64,000 nucleotides of DNA from Babesia bigemina (lineage: Eukaryota): assembly GCF_000981445.1 (NCBI RefSeq), contig NC_027218.1, positions 2,356,001 to 2,420,000 on the forward strand, read 5' to 3'. Both the position numbers and the translations under genes were made by a program. This document shows, one piece after another, positions 1 to 9,637 of this stretch. Every line of letters starts with the position of its first letter. Position 1 is the first letter of the stretch. Under the pieces are notes generated by a model. It saw only the letters and a program-made list of their open reading frames with translations, had not been told where the DNA came from and did not search any database.

Positions 1-3000
1 CCCGTGGAGCTTAGTAGTGTGAAAGGGAGCGCTTTAGTTTTTGATCTAAAAAAAATTTTGCATAAAGAAGTCAATAGAAGTGGCAAAGCAGTGCATGATC
101 ATTTTCGAAATGTTGTATTGACGACTTTGGGAAAACCGTGGAATAACTTCAACACTGGGAACGCTGTCCTTCTGGTTTACGCATTTTGCCAGTTGGTGAT
201 GCAGGAAAGCCGTTATGATGGAGGTGCATTCAAAACAGCATTGGAGACAGGCCTAATAGAACACAAAATATGTTGGAAAGATCTAAAGGACCATTGTCAA
301 ATCCTACATGGGCACATTGATACACTGACAGCCGCGGGGTTTTCCGTTACCGGTAGAGGAATTAAGCCTACAAGAAAAGAAGATTTTGCAAAAGTGGCCG
401 CCAAGTGGTTCAGAGACAACTTGCCGACAGCTGCAAGCGTATTGAGTGAAATGATCCCTCACAGTGTTGACATATCTACACTTCGATCATACGCCAAGGA
501 TAAACTCTATCCCAATGGATTCATTTTTGACGGGAGCAATCATAGCGTGTGGCCCAGTCTTACTCAGCTAAATAAATGGGATCCTATATTTCAAAAGTTC
601 GGCCAGCTAGATGAAATGCTGGGAAGGCTTAAAGATATATTGGAAGGTAAGAATATAGTTGCATGTAAACCCATTGCCACTAAAACCGAGGCGGCGAAGC
701 CTACTGCCACTAAAACCGAAGCCACCAAAACTGAGGCTGCCAAGCCCGTTGTGACCAAAGCCGAGGCGGCGAAGCCGACTGCCACTAAAACGGAGGCAAC
801 TAAACCGACTGCCGGTAAAACTGAAGCGACGAAAACTGAGTCTACAAAGCCTGTGGTCACCAAAGCCGAGGTGACGAAAACCGACAGCCCGCAGCCTGAA
901 GCTCAAAATGTAGAAAATACACAGAGCCAGGCCAAGAAAGCGGAGGGAGCACAGAACCAGGGCAAGAAATCCGAGGGAGCGCAGAACCAGGGCAAGAAGG
1001 CGGAGGGGGGGCAAAGTCAAAAGGGCCAGAGTGGAGATAGGTCTTCAAGTTTACAAGCACCAAATCCTGTTGCAGCTCCGGCGTCTGACGCCAAAGGTTA
1101 TAAAGGAGACGCAGGCTCGGCAGGGGCTAAAGGTCAAATGCCAACGGAGCTGTCGCAGTCTCAAGATACGTCACATAAGCAAGTTGCTCAGCAGCAACAG
1201 ATTCAACAAACTCAATCTCCAGCCTCTCCCCCTAGTGCTCCCGCAGCCCCTAGCCCCGCTGGTCCGACAAGTGACGGGGGTACAATTCCAAAGGGCAGTG
1301 ATTCTCCGGGTAAACATCCTGTTTCTTCTACAGGTGTTGTATATTCTGCGGCACCAGGTGTTCCACCTCCCGACCCTCTCCCCAGTGCTGCTGGAGCCCC
1401 CGGTTCGCCGGGTGCCTCAGGTATGACTTCAAATAACGGTGATTCTCCAGCTTCACAATTTGTTACTACTACAACCGCTGTAATCACTCAGCCCCCAAGT
1501 ATTTCCAACCCAGGGACTCCGTCACATGGTGCCTCTGGTTCCAGTGGTGGTACGGGGCAAGTTGGGCAGGCGGGTGCTTCTGGCTCTGGTCAACCAAGGG
1601 GTCAAGAGGTACAGACCGGTAAAAGCGCCACACCTACGAAGTCCACTGGCCCGGGTGCTGGTACAGTTAGAGGTGGATCTGGAGGGGGTGCGGGGGCAGG
1701 TGATACAAGGATGGTGGATCCAGAACTCGAAGAGCGATTAAAGGTTTACGAAAAATTATTGAAAGAAAAAAAAGACCGAGATGACAAAAATATGCAAACC
1801 ATACTAAATAAATTTAATGAAAATTTAGAACAGATTGAACAACAGAAAATGCAACAACAGATGCAAAACGATCTACAAAGACAGTTGCTTGCAAATATAT
1901 CTTCTGCCAATATCCGTCTTAACGAAAACATCGCTGGTTCTACTGGAGGTCGTACTCTTAATTGGCACCACCCATACGATCCGAAAAACCTGACACGGCG
2001 CCTTCAAGCTGTTAATAGATTGCAATCTCATGCTCTCGATGGTAGAGAGGTTTGGAATAAATCGCCGAGTGATTTATATATGGAAAAACGACATGAGGAA
2101 TGGGAACGTCAATGTGAAGAGGAACAACGAAAAAAAGACCAAACGTATAACGATACAATATTGCATCTGAAAAATAGGCAAGACGTCGATAAGGAACGTA
2201 TACAACTATCACAAAAGCAACACGAACAGACTGTACTAGATTCCCTCCAATCCATGCAACAGATAGAGCATGAGAATGCTAAAATTACGTCAGTTGCAAC
2301 AGGTTTAGACGGTGAAACCGCCGATACTTTTGACGTCAAGGAAGTGTCAGATGCTGACAATGAAGTCGTTTTCGACGGTCAACGGGCCGTGGAGATTGAG
2401 GGCCAAGAAGTGCATGATGCTGAAGAGTTTTTAAAACAACAAAAACAAGATGCGGAGCAGATACGGTCAGAAGCGCAACTAGTAGCGTCATTGTATGATC
2501 GTCAGCAAAAAACGTTGCTCAATGGTAATGAAGTTTTGGAGCCCTTTAACGTCGAAGAGGAACTTTTTCAACCAGTAGCACAAAGCGATATGGATCTGTA
2601 CAAACCCAACGGCGACATTTCTACAGCAATTTCTAATATTCCAGACGTCGGTATGACGGGACATGCCATTACATCTCCACCCGAAGTTGACGTGAAAATA
2701 CAGTCTGTTCCCGTGAAGCCGGAGTATATGCCAGACCCCATTCTCCCCGATTTTGACATATCCATCGATATACCCGCACTTCTTGTGCCAGAATCTCTTG
2801 AAGATTATGATTACGGGCCTTCCTATAGGTTGCCTACGGCCATAGGGAGGGATAAACAAGATGCGAACACATTTGACCCGCCCCGATTGGCGTCGGAGCG
2901 TGGCATTCCACTCTTCGCTAATCCATACGTCTGCCGTGATCCCTGGTCCGTTACCCCCTACTCCCCTGACACACCCCCTCCACCTACCTCCCCTCCCCCA

Positions 3001-4536
3001 ACCTCAGACCATCTGCCCCCGCCGAAAACCGTCCGGGAAATGCTGTTCTGGTTCGTCGGATTGAATCAATCAGGGTATATTTGGATGATCACGGAGCATG
3101 TGAAAGACCTTTTGATGAGTAATAACACAGATGCCCTGGATGTCATCCGGGAACCATTCACTCTAGACGCTTCCCATGTCGCCGCCAAACTGACTGAGAC
3201 GTGTCTCTACTCGGCAAACGTACTTTACAGAATTAAGTATCGCGATGATTGCGCAGCCTATAAAGAGTTTAAGTTGGAATCAGTTTACAGTCAGCTTCGC
3301 TATTCCCCCGACCCCGCCTGTCTCCTCTGCCAGCTGCGTGACTACGTCTACGCCTGCCACTACCAGTTGCAGTTCCTCAAGTCGCAGTGTAAGAGGGACA
3401 AACTAAGTGGTGGATGGCAGGATTATAAATATGGCAGTGACATCACTTCTTCCAAGTCCCCCCTCCAGTCCTTCCTGACTGACGGCTGGGACTCCACCTT
3501 CAAGACTCACCCCTTCGACCCGTGCAACCTGTGCCACAAGAGCAGGATAAGGATGGGATTCAGAGACAAAGACTTGCCTAAGTCATCGCAACAAGGCAAT
3601 GTCATTTCCTCCATCCTCACCCCCAGCTGCGGCGGTAGTGATCCCCTGCTGACATTGGCGTCCTACCTCAACGGCCTGACCAGGCGGACGCCGCGCACCA
3701 CCGGGGAGCTTGTGTCGTTCTTCCACCATTTCGGTATCGAGTTGCACGATTATGGTCAAAAGGACCTGTCTCCGCTGGGCAAATCCCTCTCCACTCCACA
3801 CCCCGACTGCCCTGACTGGGACCATCTTGGTCGCCACGACCTCCAAGCTGTCAGTGGCATCCGAGGGTCCGAGATTCTCACCACCATCCACAACTCCAAA
3901 CATGACCATGCCGACACTCTGTCCACACTGGTTGGCTGCAGCAGTGACGCTACCATCTGCCATCCACATTGCTCGCCCATCACGTACCGGGCCTACGCCC
4001 TGTACTCTCATACCTTCGCCCACACCTACCTCAGCTGGACGGTGTACCTGCCGGACAGGCTGTGGGAGTCACTTGAAAAACTGTACTATGAACTCAAGAA
4101 GCATGATTACGCCAAGTGTTCATCCCTCTACCTGTGTTCCACTGCGCCGCCCCTCCTCTATTTACACGGGTTCACGCCGCCGGAGGTGGGATCGCAGCCT
4201 AAACTCACGTGTTCAGATGTCATCGCCAAGCTGCAGGAAATTGTCAACGGTGGCCCTATCGCATCACTCATGACCGCCATGGACAATTTCCTCTACGGCA
4301 TCCGGGAGCCGTTCATCTTCACTATCGTAGCACTCTGGTCTCTCGCATTCCTCATCTTCGCCAACACGATGCTGTACCGCCTGGACGTACTCCACATCCG
4401 ATCACACCTTATTCGCACCAAGGCTTCTCACCTCATCGATGTCAAGGCCTTACTCACTAAAGGCCGGAAGATGCTCTCACTCTACAAAGACGTCGACTAC
4501 TTCGACGAGGACCCTATTGGTCAGCTTGTTATTTAA
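1..4536 (+). CDS. VESA-like variant surface antigen (5' end outside window) with low-complexity repeats and RRBP1-like decapeptides
   Basis: Frame is open from base 1. C-terminal ~520 aa has typical ves-family blocks (TVREMLFW, CLLCQLRDY, SPLQSFLTD, RRTPRTTGELVSFF, YLSWTVYLPDRLW), a TM (IREPFIFTIVALWSLAFLIF) and a short tail (RLDVLHIRSHL...HLIDVKALL...DYFDED). Homologous to 54905-59044. Confidence 0.9.
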   Translation, partial: PVELSSVKGSALVFDLKKILHKEVNRSGKAVHDHFRNVVLTTLGKPWNNFNTGNAVLLVYAFCQLVMQESRYDGGAFKTALETGLIEHKICWKDLKDHCQILHGHIDTLTAAGFSVTGRGIKPTRKEDFAKVAAKWFRDNLPTAASVLSEMIPHSVDISTLRSYAKDKLYPNGFIFDGSNHSVWPSLTQLNKWDPIFQKFGQLDEMLGRLKDILEGKNIVACKPIATKTEAAKPTATKTEATKTEAAKPVVTKAEAAKPTATKTEATKPTAGKTEATKTESTKPVVTKAEVTKTDSPQPEAQNVENTQSQAKKAEGAQNQGKKSEGAQNQGKKAEGGQSQKGQSGDRSSSLQAPNPVAAPASDAKGYKGDAGSAGAKGQMPTELSQSQDTSHKQVAQQQQIQQTQSPASPPSAPAAPSPAGPTSDGGTIPKGSDSPGKHPVSSTGVVYSAAPGVPPPDPLPSAAGAPGSPGASGMTSNNGDSPASQFVTTTTAVITQPPSISNPGTPSHGASGSSGGTGQVGQAGASGSGQPRGQEVQTGKSATPTKSTGPGAGTVRGGSGGGAGAGDTRMVDPELEERLKVYEKLLKEKKDRDDKNMQTILNKFNENLEQIEQQKMQQQMQNDLQRQLLANISSANIRLNENIAGSTGGRTLNWHHPYDPKNLTRRLQAVNRLQSHALDGREVWNKSPSDLYMEKRHEEWERQCEEEQRKKDQTYNDTILHLKNRQDVDKERIQLSQKQHEQTVLDSLQSMQQIEHENAKITSVATGLDGETADTFDVKEVSDADNEVVFDGQRAVEIEGQEVHDAEEFLKQQKQDAEQIRSEAQLVASLYDRQQKTLLNGNEVLEPFNVEEELFQPVAQSDMDLYKPNGDISTAISNIPDVGMTGHAITSPPEVDVKIQSVPVKPEYMPDPILPDFDISIDIPALLVPESLEDYDYGPSYRLPTAIGRDKQDANTFDPPRLASERGIPLFANPYVCRDPWSVTPYSPDTPPPPTSPPPTSDHLPPPKTVREMLFWFVGLNQSGYIWMITEHVKDLLMSNNTDALDVIREPFTLDASHVAAKLTETCLYSANVLYRIKYRDDCAAYKEFKLESVYSQLRYSPDPACLLCQLRDYVYACHYQLQFLKSQCKRDKLSGGWQDYKYGSDITSSKSPLQSFLTDGWDSTFKTHPFDPCNLCHKSRIRMGFRDKDLPKSSQQGNVISSILTPSCGGSDPLLTLASYLNGLTRRTPRTTGELVSFFHHFGIELHDYGQKDLSPLGKSLSTPHPDCPDWDHLGRHDLQAVSGIRGSEILTTIHNSKHDHADTLSTLVGCSSDATICHPHCSPITYRAYALYSHTFAHTYLSWTVYLPDRLWESLEKLYYELKKHDYAKCSSLYLCSTAPPLLYLHGFTPPEVGSQPKLTCSDVIAKLQEIVNGGPIASLMTAMDNFLYGIREPFIFTIVALWSLAFLIFANTMLYRLDVLHIRSHLIRTKASHLIDVKALLTKGRKMLSLYKDVDYFDEDPIGQLVI
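670..885 (+). repeat. Coding Thr/Lys/Glu/Ala-rich repeats (PTATKTEAAK / TKTEA / PVVTKAE)
   Basis: Degenerate 15/30-nt units visible in DNA and translation. Confidence 0.85.
922..1014 (+). repeat. Three 30-nt units encoding QSQAKKAEGAQ-NQGKKSEGAQ-NQGKKAEGGQ
   Basis: Same unit as the 57481-57790 array (e.g. aagaaagcggagggagcacagaaccagggcaagaaa is shared). Confidence 0.9.
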
Positions 4537-4721
4537 TAATCATTACCTCATTCATCTAGTCATTACTTGCCTAGTGATGGATCGCACTACAGCACTAGTG
4601 GTTATTTGTGTTACTGCAGCATCTATGGCACCGTGGTGAGAGGAAAGCGTGACTGCTTCAAGGCATAACCAGGCTCATGTAGCCCACTTAAAATATGACT
4701 GAATCCGGTAAGCTGAGTTGT

Positions 4722-5260
4722 GAGTTACCTGTGAGAGATGTCTTCGGCATCTAACCTAGCAAGTGCTGTGAAGCCGGTTGATTGGCCATCAACGCAGGCA
4801 ATTGGCGATGGCCATAGTAGGTGAGTTGCTATGTTGTTGCCGAGCTAGGAGTTGTAGTGTAGGCAATGTGAGTCTTTAGGCAATGGAAGCTGCTGCGTCT
4901 TTTACGTGATGGACAGTGGACAGCGTGGCTGCGTTGCATGGATCGTAACGGCGAACATGAGGAACGTATTAACCAATAAATGTGCCTCACATAGGCACTC
5001 ATGTCACAAATGTGATGACATTCAGAAGCGGCTGCGCCAACGCTGTACGGCGCGTGATGGATGCAGTTGGCTGCCCATCTGGCACTGGTTAACCTGCATG
5101 CCACGGCCTGGATGGTATCGACATGCTTTAGCTTGGTTGTACTTCAGTTGTAATAGCTGCATAGTTGTGATGTGAGTGGCGGTGCACTGTATGGTCATCA
5201 TCTTGCTGCTACCGTAGCGCCGATGGGAGACGGTCAGTGCCCTTGCTGCGGTGCGTGTTG
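4722..5260 (+). repeat. Upstream/leader region duplicated at ~6321-6840
   Basis: Colinear shared blocks: gttac(c/t)tgtgagag, gcaatgtgagtc...ggcaatgga, cgtattaacca, cctgcatgc(c/t)acggc, ctgcatagttgtga...tggcggtgcac, agcgcc(g/a)atgg(g/a)agacg(g/c)tcagtg. Confidence 0.8.
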
Positions 5261-5271
5261 ATGAGTGGTTG

Positions 5272-5553
5272 GTGACTTCGTTGCTTAAGTGATTGATATG
5301 TTCGCAGGTTGAGGGGACTGGGAGTGGCAGTGGTACGTGTTGCAGTTGGTGAGTGCGTTGCTAGGTGATTGATATGGTTGCAGGTTGAGGGGACTGGGAG
5401 TGGCAGTGGTACGTGTTGCAGTTGGTGAGTGCGTTGCTAGGTGATTGATATGTTTGCAGGTTGAGGGGACTGGGAGCGGCAGTGGTACGTGTTGCAGTTG
5501 GTGAGTGCTGCTTGAGTGATTGACATGTTTGCAGGCTGAGGGGACTGGGAGTG
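5272..5553 (+). repeat. 76-bp tandem repeat (~3.5 copies), each unit an exon-like 41-mer plus a 34-36 nt GT...AG intron-like segment
   Basis: Units start at 5308, 5384, 5460 and 5535 (g(t/c)tgaggggactgggag), each preceded by gtga...gcag. Confidence 0.9.
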
Positions 5554-5563
5554 GGAGGGGAAG

Positions 5564-6103
5564 ATGAGTAGGGGGATGGATTGGATGAATTGTACATGTG
5601 GTACGAGTTGTAGGTATCCTAATTGTATCTGTTGTCCCTGGTGTTGTGACGGATGTACGACTGGCGTAGGTTGCAGTGGATGTTGGTTAAATCGCCATAA
5701 ACGCGAAACTAACAGTGATCCAACTTACAATTGCGCTACTTTCGGTTGTAAAACAAAATGTGCAGGCAAGGAGTATAAATGTAAATGTAACTGTTGTCAA
5801 CAGACATGTAAAAGTCAAGAGAAGCCTGGCACCTGCAGTCCCCCCGCTCCACCGCCCACCCTTTCTTCCCCCGGTGTTCAGGATCCTGAAGCCAGTCTAG
5901 CGCTGTCATCGCCTCCCGAAGATGAGCCCCAAGAAAACAATTCTCATTTCTCCCCTGACCCCCAAGTCATCGCCGCCGTCATCGTTGCCATCATCGTCGC
6001 CATCATCCTGCTCGACCTGTGCATCTTCCGCTTTCCCGTGGGCCGCAACATCCGCGATTTCCTCGTCCGCAAGATACCCTTCTGCATCGCGTTCTACAGC
6101 TGA
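5564..6103 (+). CDS. Small Cys-rich protein with Pro-rich linker and C-terminal TM (family member A)
   Basis: CICCPWCCDGC and CKCKCNCCQQTC motifs, TM VIAAVIVAIIVAIILLDLCIF, tail RKIPFCIAFYS; paralogous to 6886-7323. Confidence 0.85.
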   Translation: MSRGMDWMNCTCGTSCRYPNCICCPWCCDGCTTGVGCSGCWLNRHKRETNSDPTYNCATFGCKTKCAGKEYKCKCNCCQQTCKSQEKPGTCSPPAPPPTLSSPGVQDPEASLALSSPPEDEPQENNSHFSPDPQVIAAVIVAIIVAIILLDLCIFRFPVGRNIRDFLVRKIPFCIAFYS

Positions 6104-6226
6104 ACTCAGCAATTTGTTAGCGCAAACATCGTAATCCAAATTCCATTGATCACCTAACTGGCAACTCACATCTAATGTTGTAGACAGGGTGATGATTGCG
6201 TTGATGATCAATGTCATGAGCAGTGA

Positions 6227-6286
6227 GGTGACCTATCACCTGACCAAGGTGGTGACTTAACACCTGATCAAGGTGGTGACCATAAC
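6227..6286 (+). repeat. 24-bp tandem repeat, ~2.5 copies
   Basis: ggtgacctatcacctgaccaaggt / ggtgacttaacacctgatcaaggt / ggtgaccataac. Confidence 0.7.
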
Positions 6287-6320
6287 GCCAACCTTAATTT
6301 CGTCAATGCGTTGTCACGTT

Positions 6321-6840
6321 GGTTACTTGTGAGAGGTGGCTACGTCATATCACTGTGAAGCTAGGTAATTGGCCACCTAAGTAGGCAGCTGGTAAGTGCT
6401 GTGCCACATGAGTCATTATGTAGTTGACGTGATACTAGTTGCCACGACCGCAATGTGAGTCGCTGGGCAATGGATGGTTCCCGGACTCTGAAATGATGGC
6501 CAATGGACGGCGAAGTTATGTGACATTGATGGTAACGGTGTAGATGAGAAGCGTATTAACCATGTATGATAGCCCACTTAGACCGTTATTAGTGCATAAA
6601 CGTAACAGCAGTCAGGAGATGGCATCGTCGCATGGTTAGTGACGGGTGTAGTCGACTGCACAACTAGTGAAAGCTGCCCTGCATGCTACGGCATGGATAC
6701 CGTTCACATGCCTCACCTTGGTAGTAACTATGTTGTGATATCTGCATAGTTGTGACATCCATGGCGGTGCACAGGATGGCGGCTACCCGGTTGTTGGTGG
6801 AGCGCCAATGGAAGACGCTCAGTGTCCGGGGCTAACGTAA
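6321..6840 (+). repeat. Second copy of the duplicated upstream region
   Basis: See 4722-5260. Confidence 0.8.
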
Positions 6841-6885
6841 GTGGTTCATGTTTGTAGGTAGAGGAGGGAGAAAAATAGGGGGAAG

Positions 6886-7323
6886 ATGAGTGAAGAGACG
6901 CGCTGTCCGGATTGTAATAAGGACTGTATTACGACCAAGTCATGTAGTTGCTGTTTCTGGTGTTGTGTAAGGTGTCAGAGTGGAAATTGCACATACTGTA
7001 AACAATTTTACCATCTGCGCACAATAGGCGAATTGAGAGACCAATGTGATCCTCCAGTATGCAAGAAACAATGTAATAAATGCACCAACAAAAGCTGTGC
7101 ATGTCCATGTTGTAAGAGGGGACGTATACGCCGTGCTTACTTAGCTGCCCAGGCTTCTAGAGGTGCTACCACTGCCCCAGCTACCACAGTTCCCGTAATC
7201 ATGGCCACACTCTTCATCCTCATCCTGCTGTTCGATTTATGCATCCTTCGCATTCGAGCGTTCCAAGACGTCCGCGAATATATCGTAAGCAAATTGCCCT
7301 TTTGCATCGCATTTTACAATTAA
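6886..7323 (+). CDS. Small Cys-rich single-TM protein (member B)
   Basis: CSCCFWCCVRC motif, TM ...ILLFDLCILR, tail SKLPFCIAFYN; same ggggaagATGagt start context as member A. Confidence 0.85.
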   Translation: MSEETRCPDCNKDCITTKSCSCCFWCCVRCQSGNCTYCKQFYHLRTIGELRDQCDPPVCKKQCNKCTNKSCACPCCKRGRIRRAYLAAQASRGATTAPATTVPVIMATLFILILLFDLCILRIRAFQDVREYIVSKLPFCIAFYN

Positions 7324-8779
7324 CTCCAAGACTTTATGTTATCGCACTTAGCTGATGGCGTCAGACATTAATGGCCAAACGCTTGTCTAATGACGTATTG
7401 TAAAATGTCTCATGGTTGTGCATCTACGGGCAGCCAGTGAAATGTTCAGGAATAATGTCGACAGCGCATCTAGTAATAATCGGCAAATTGAATGGGGTTA
7501 ACCAATGCGGCCTCTTTGGCGTCTCCTTCAACCGATTATACAGACCACCAATTCCATCCAAATTTCCCACCTGAAATGCATTGGCTTGCATAACATACTA
7601 ACAGCTATGTAGCCATTATTATGACGTTTGATATAAGTTAATCGTGGTAACATTTTCACCTTTTGTTACCATACCTGGCAGCAATCCCTTGTCCACTTAC
7701 TGACATGTATAAGTCTCTAAAACGCTTAGAAAATAAACCCCAAAGCACCTCATCAGTCTTCGGTCTGTCCAAACTATTGATCCTATTTTACGAGTATCAC
7801 GCCCACCTCATGAATTTGTTGTCCCTGTAACTCGGTCGTGTTGTTAGCTTGTCCACCATGCCTTCCATCCCTGTTTCCATATCGATCTCAATAAACCCCT
7901 CCAAACCCAGAAACGTGGTATACACAACTCTTCTACTCCTTTTTTCATGCCAAATAAACGCCACCTGCAGAGCGCCCCGGAGCTTATTGAGAGCCAATTT
8001 CATCCCCTACTGGGGTTGGCTCTGAAGCTATGGCAGAGCGATTTTCGTAAAACTGCAACGCACCCACTAAGCACTATTCTACATTTTAGATGGTGAATTG
8101 GGAGTCGAGTTTTTGCTGTTGTCTACTTCATTGGTGAAGCGAGAAAAGCGTATCACTTATAACAGATGGTTGTGAACAACAGTTTGAGCATCGTAGCCCA
8201 AAATCAACCAAGGACCTATTGGGCCGACATAAATTGCTCCATGAATAGGTGACATCAGCAACATTTTACACTTCCCATTGTAAGCCTATTTTCATAAATA
8301 TTTAGGGGATCAAGACGATGTGGTTCTAAATGTTTAGGCCCCCAAAGCGACACAGGTGCTGGCAAATTCCAAAAATTAACTTAGAGATAGAACGATCTAT
8401 ATTAAGCCACAAAGTGTAATGGTGGACCATGGCGAGATTTCATTGGATCTGACGTTGCTACACTAAGGCCATGTGGGCCGGGTGTGGGTGAGAATGTCAG
8501 CGGAAGCAACAGGGCCAACCGATCACCATGACGGAAGCTGGGCGAGCATTGACATACATTGCGTATTTAGAAACACGTAGAGTGCCATGAATGTGGAGGG
8601 CATGAGAGCGGCTATAACGGCGCAACTTAGTACAACAGCAACAGTCGTTGGTCAATTTAGGTTAACATTGCGACTCACGCAAGTACCATTGGTGATACTA
8701 AGGCGGTACTAAGATAGCATTACCGTGTGTTGCTACTACATTAACATACATTTGTTGCGATATTAAAACACTACGTCTT

Positions 8780-9637
8780 CTACGCCAAGCCAGCGTATGC
8801 CCTTGGAGGGACGGCGGGGTAGCGGTCAGTGTTCATCTCGGGAATTTTGTCACCGACGAGATTACTGAGGGATCTGGCGGAGTGCCTAGGGGAGCTGGCA
8901 AATGTGGCACGTATTTTAGTCATAATCGCGTGGTACTTCTCGGGATACATAAACCGGAAAATAAGGAATAGCAACACAATGATAACTAAGGGTAGCGCTA
9001 TCGTGCAGCAGCGCGCAAATCTATCTTGGCCGCATACTGTGCCGCAGTATCTGCATTTGAGGATGCATAAACCATTTGCTCCTTTTTCTCCACGGGCCCA
9101 CTTATTGCAATTGCCGGGGCGACAGTCAATGTGCGATTCATCGCACTGGATGATGGGTTTTTGCTTACGATCACGAACGGCACCGTTTCCGTCGTATCTC
9201 ACATGGCCTTGGCACAATCCATCCGGACATCTGCCGAGTACATAGCCGTCACAATTACTTCCGGGGCATTTGCCAGGATTGCACCAACTACAACAACTAC
9301 AAATTACGCCGTTACATTGGAATCCACAGCTACAATAATGACATGCACACTGTCCCCCTTCTTTGCATCGTGTGAGGCAACGCTGGCAACCAGTTTTTAT
9401 TCCTTTGCAGCTTTCAGATTCCGGCTTGTCAAAACAATTAGTCGGACAACCACAGCAAGCATTAGAACATTTACACTTCCCATCCTTCTGGCACTGCTTC
9501 TTACACTCGTCACATCCAGGAAGACAACAAGAATAGCACTGCGGACATTGTGATTTATCGCAAGGCCCTTTATCGTGACCGTTTTCTTTTTTCCTATCAC
9601 ATCCACACGTGTTCGTCCCTTTCTCCGCCTCCCCCAT
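8780..9637 (-). CDS. Cys-rich single-TM protein, 285 aa (member C)
   Basis: About 40 Cys before the TM, CSCCSWC motif, TM IALPLVIIVLLFLIF followed by YPEK, tail EMNTDRY. Confidence 0.85.
   Translation of the reverse strand: MGEAEKGTNTCGCDRKKENGHDKGPCDKSQCPQCYSCCLPGCDECKKQCQKDGKCKCSNACCGCPTNCFDKPESESCKGIKTGCQRCLTRCKEGGQCACHYCSCGFQCNGVICSCCSWCNPGKCPGSNCDGYVLGRCPDGLCQGHVRYDGNGAVRDRKQKPIIQCDESHIDCRPGNCNKWARGEKGANGLCILKCRYCGTVCGQDRFARCCTIALPLVIIVLLFLIFRFMYPEKYHAIMTKIRATFASSPRHSARSLSNLVGDKIPEMNTDRYPAVPPRAYAGLA

Noticed and set aside
5272..5553. 76-bp repeat as a tRNA array or CRISPR
   Set aside because: No cloverleaf or A/B boxes and no variable spacers
7400..8450. Possible decayed gene including ORF 7797-8003
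   Set aside because: No recognisable motif or internal homology found
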